Shown: positions 44,901 through 45,047 of the stretch, in pieces | Layout of the letters: the number at the start of each line of letters is the position of its first letter | Position numbering within the stretch: position 1 is the first letter of the stretch | DNA from: an uncultured Eubacteriales bacterium | GTDB taxonomy: Bacteria; Bacillota; Clostridia; Lachnospirales; Lachnospiraceae | Length of the DNA stretch: 45,047 bases | Direction: 5' to 3' | NCBI GenBank assembly: GCA_900313535.1 | Contig: OMRR01000158.1 | Location: 1-45,047 of the forward strand | Translations under genes and position numbers: made by a program | The notes under the pieces: generated by a model | Database searches by the model: none | The model's input: only the letters and a program-made list of their open reading frames with translations | What the model was told of the DNA's origin: nothing

Positions 44901-45047
44901 AAACATGGAGAGAATGTTTGCTGGACTTGGCCTTTATAACATGACCGATCCTACTATGTCAGCTTGGCCATGGACATTAAAGGCAAATCCTCAAAGTATA
45001 AGTCTCGATGTTTCATCTTTCGACACAAGCAATGTAACAAATATGTC
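41980..45047 (+). CDS. large secreted papain-family (C1) cysteine peptidase, multi-domain, 3' end beyond the window
   Basis: I translated frame 1 by hand: it is open from ATG 41980 (AAAGGAGG RBS) to the window end, 1022 codons. Domains in order: signal peptide, a roughly 230-aa acidic low-complexity region, the C1 catalytic motifs, a Listeria-Bacteroides-type repeat and a 26-residue surface repeat. Catalytic motifs: RDQSPLGTCWAFA (Cys), NHAVLIVGWDD (His) and IRNSWG (Asn). Listeria-Bacteroides-type repeat: LSFDADGGTG...KKGCKFLHWVD. The 26-residue surface repeat starts at LDVSSFDTSNVTNM. The gene is absent from the ORF track because no stop lies in the window. Confidence 0.9.
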   Translation, partial: MNFKRICATLLCVTMVLCETMPHFASELGEIISSAIPSSNEEQPYHDMNTGEPSVQNVLGTENNGNNDSKIGISDEPEGNLNDEDKFSNDDGNSGGAGENDGSGEASDDGNASEGGNGSEKTGIKGEEGEGDKGEENKGDGISTENENSNSEKKDSEKSNEGDDASGKINLDNKNNENQNNINDTEYDTESTSSDADFDDNVNDSKKQKVEAENDNVSNDVSNDESEKENIRNDKASSSETELDNIENTYGEENIVSTDSELEKDEEKEPFFGYVDSNLPPIEFKERNNNRLFGSNLERSYDSRNVINDSGYSVVGPIRDQSPLGTCWAFATIGMMETSIRIKNLVTGSTEAEYEKNADLSEAAFSYYVIEGLKNVTNSEHIDRPGVEGRDYNALDKDLYHNEGYDGVNFGNVGGNYIDATLVGTTYMGATLEENVPYNEVLLEYMENNGLTGDANEYAFNRNAYEMANVSIISKQDRLGIKEAVMRNGSVGVSYHEAQKGYSIKNVGDEWYYMSPRKLDGLGNKVARNANHAVLIVGWDDDVPAEYFTYYNKDVDDTDSPVGPGAWLIRNSWGEYDNSHDGYFWLSYYDPSISDGLYSIDAVKADTYKYNYHYDTTSSDEYFDTLNDLNTYEIGNIFKVSDDINQKLDAVNFAHYSPIGNASIKIYTNNNPMENPTDGELRLTQQVSYDGQGIFTIPLEHSITLRKNTYFSVVLNFTGNVKFFVDESVDYWTGNPRVNMNEVERGQSLYKDKDTGVWIDLNVEGTFTRDDILYGRNFRIRALTNEAGLLSFDADGGTGFMESILATPGETIKLPKNVFVKKGCKFLHWVDGDGNEYDDEAEIDLEDNLVLKAVWEETVYNISYGWFDSALANKNKNEITKINIAVYPTASPTNVDYEWDIADSNGLKGYIKGTEVTIYAPEHGNIYVDEDGSYLFSCKHYNSDDVFDGVDIENSFVYVSELNGLDNLVTSRVQNMERMFAGLGLYNMTDPTMSAWPWTLKANPQSISLDVSSFDTSNVTNM

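Noticed and set aside
1-45047. Search for CRISPR arrays, tRNA/rRNA genes, transposases, integrases, phage genes, toxin-antitoxin or restriction-modification modules.
   Set aside because: I noticed no regularly spaced direct repeats, cloverleaf-capable conserved tRNA boxes, rRNA-like stretches, or DDE/tyrosine-recombinase-like ORFs on either strand. The only repeats are the short GC-rich hairpins and the in-frame Ala/Gln repeat.

Overview
Low-GC (about 33-35% by eye) chromosomal segment. The organisation looks like Firmicutes/Clostridia: Asp23-DAK2-RecG and RsmD-CoaD synteny, several lipoproteins, and choline-binding-type wall repeats. I support 34 protein genes and found no rRNA, tRNA, CRISPR array, transposase or phage gene.

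Gene content, in order:
- A 5'-truncated MATE exporter.
- asp23 / dak2 / recG.
- An orphan secreted protein on the opposite strand.
- rsmD-coaD.
- A coiled-coil protein plus an RluA-type pseudouridine synthase.
- An unknown lipoprotein.
- A 7-gene minus-strand aromatic amino-acid operon: aminotransferase, pheA, aroB, an aroE-aroK fusion, aroA, tyrA and DAHP synthase.
- yitT and folA.
- A cell-envelope block: a thioester alpha-2-macroglobulin lipoprotein, PBP1C, a DapF-fold two-cysteine racemase and a MATE exporter. It continues with two paralogous wall-repeat/DUF4163-like proteins bracketing a stand-alone murG, then LemA-DUF2207.
- A BMP-family nucleoside-type ABC importer.
- A >1022-aa secreted papain-family (C1) cysteine protease that runs off the 3' edge. 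It is missing from the supplied ORF track, which shows only antisense shadow ORFs there.

Most notable observations:
1. The A2M-PbpC pair sits in an apparently monoderm context and is extended by a racemase and an exporter.
2. The 467-nt non-coding gap between folA and the A2M gene holds three long hairpins with mutually exclusive pairing and a terminator.
3. A dispersed family of GC-rich 19-nt hairpins, often fused to the Shine-Dalgarno sequence, occupies intercistronic gaps.
4. Five genes have a -10 box 6-8 nt from the start codon and no SD, which is leaderless geometry.
5. A zinc-ribbon envelope protein is split at an A7 tract.
6. The PBP1C membrane anchor is in frame but has no canonical start codon.

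All functional calls rest on motif recognition by eye. No database search was run.
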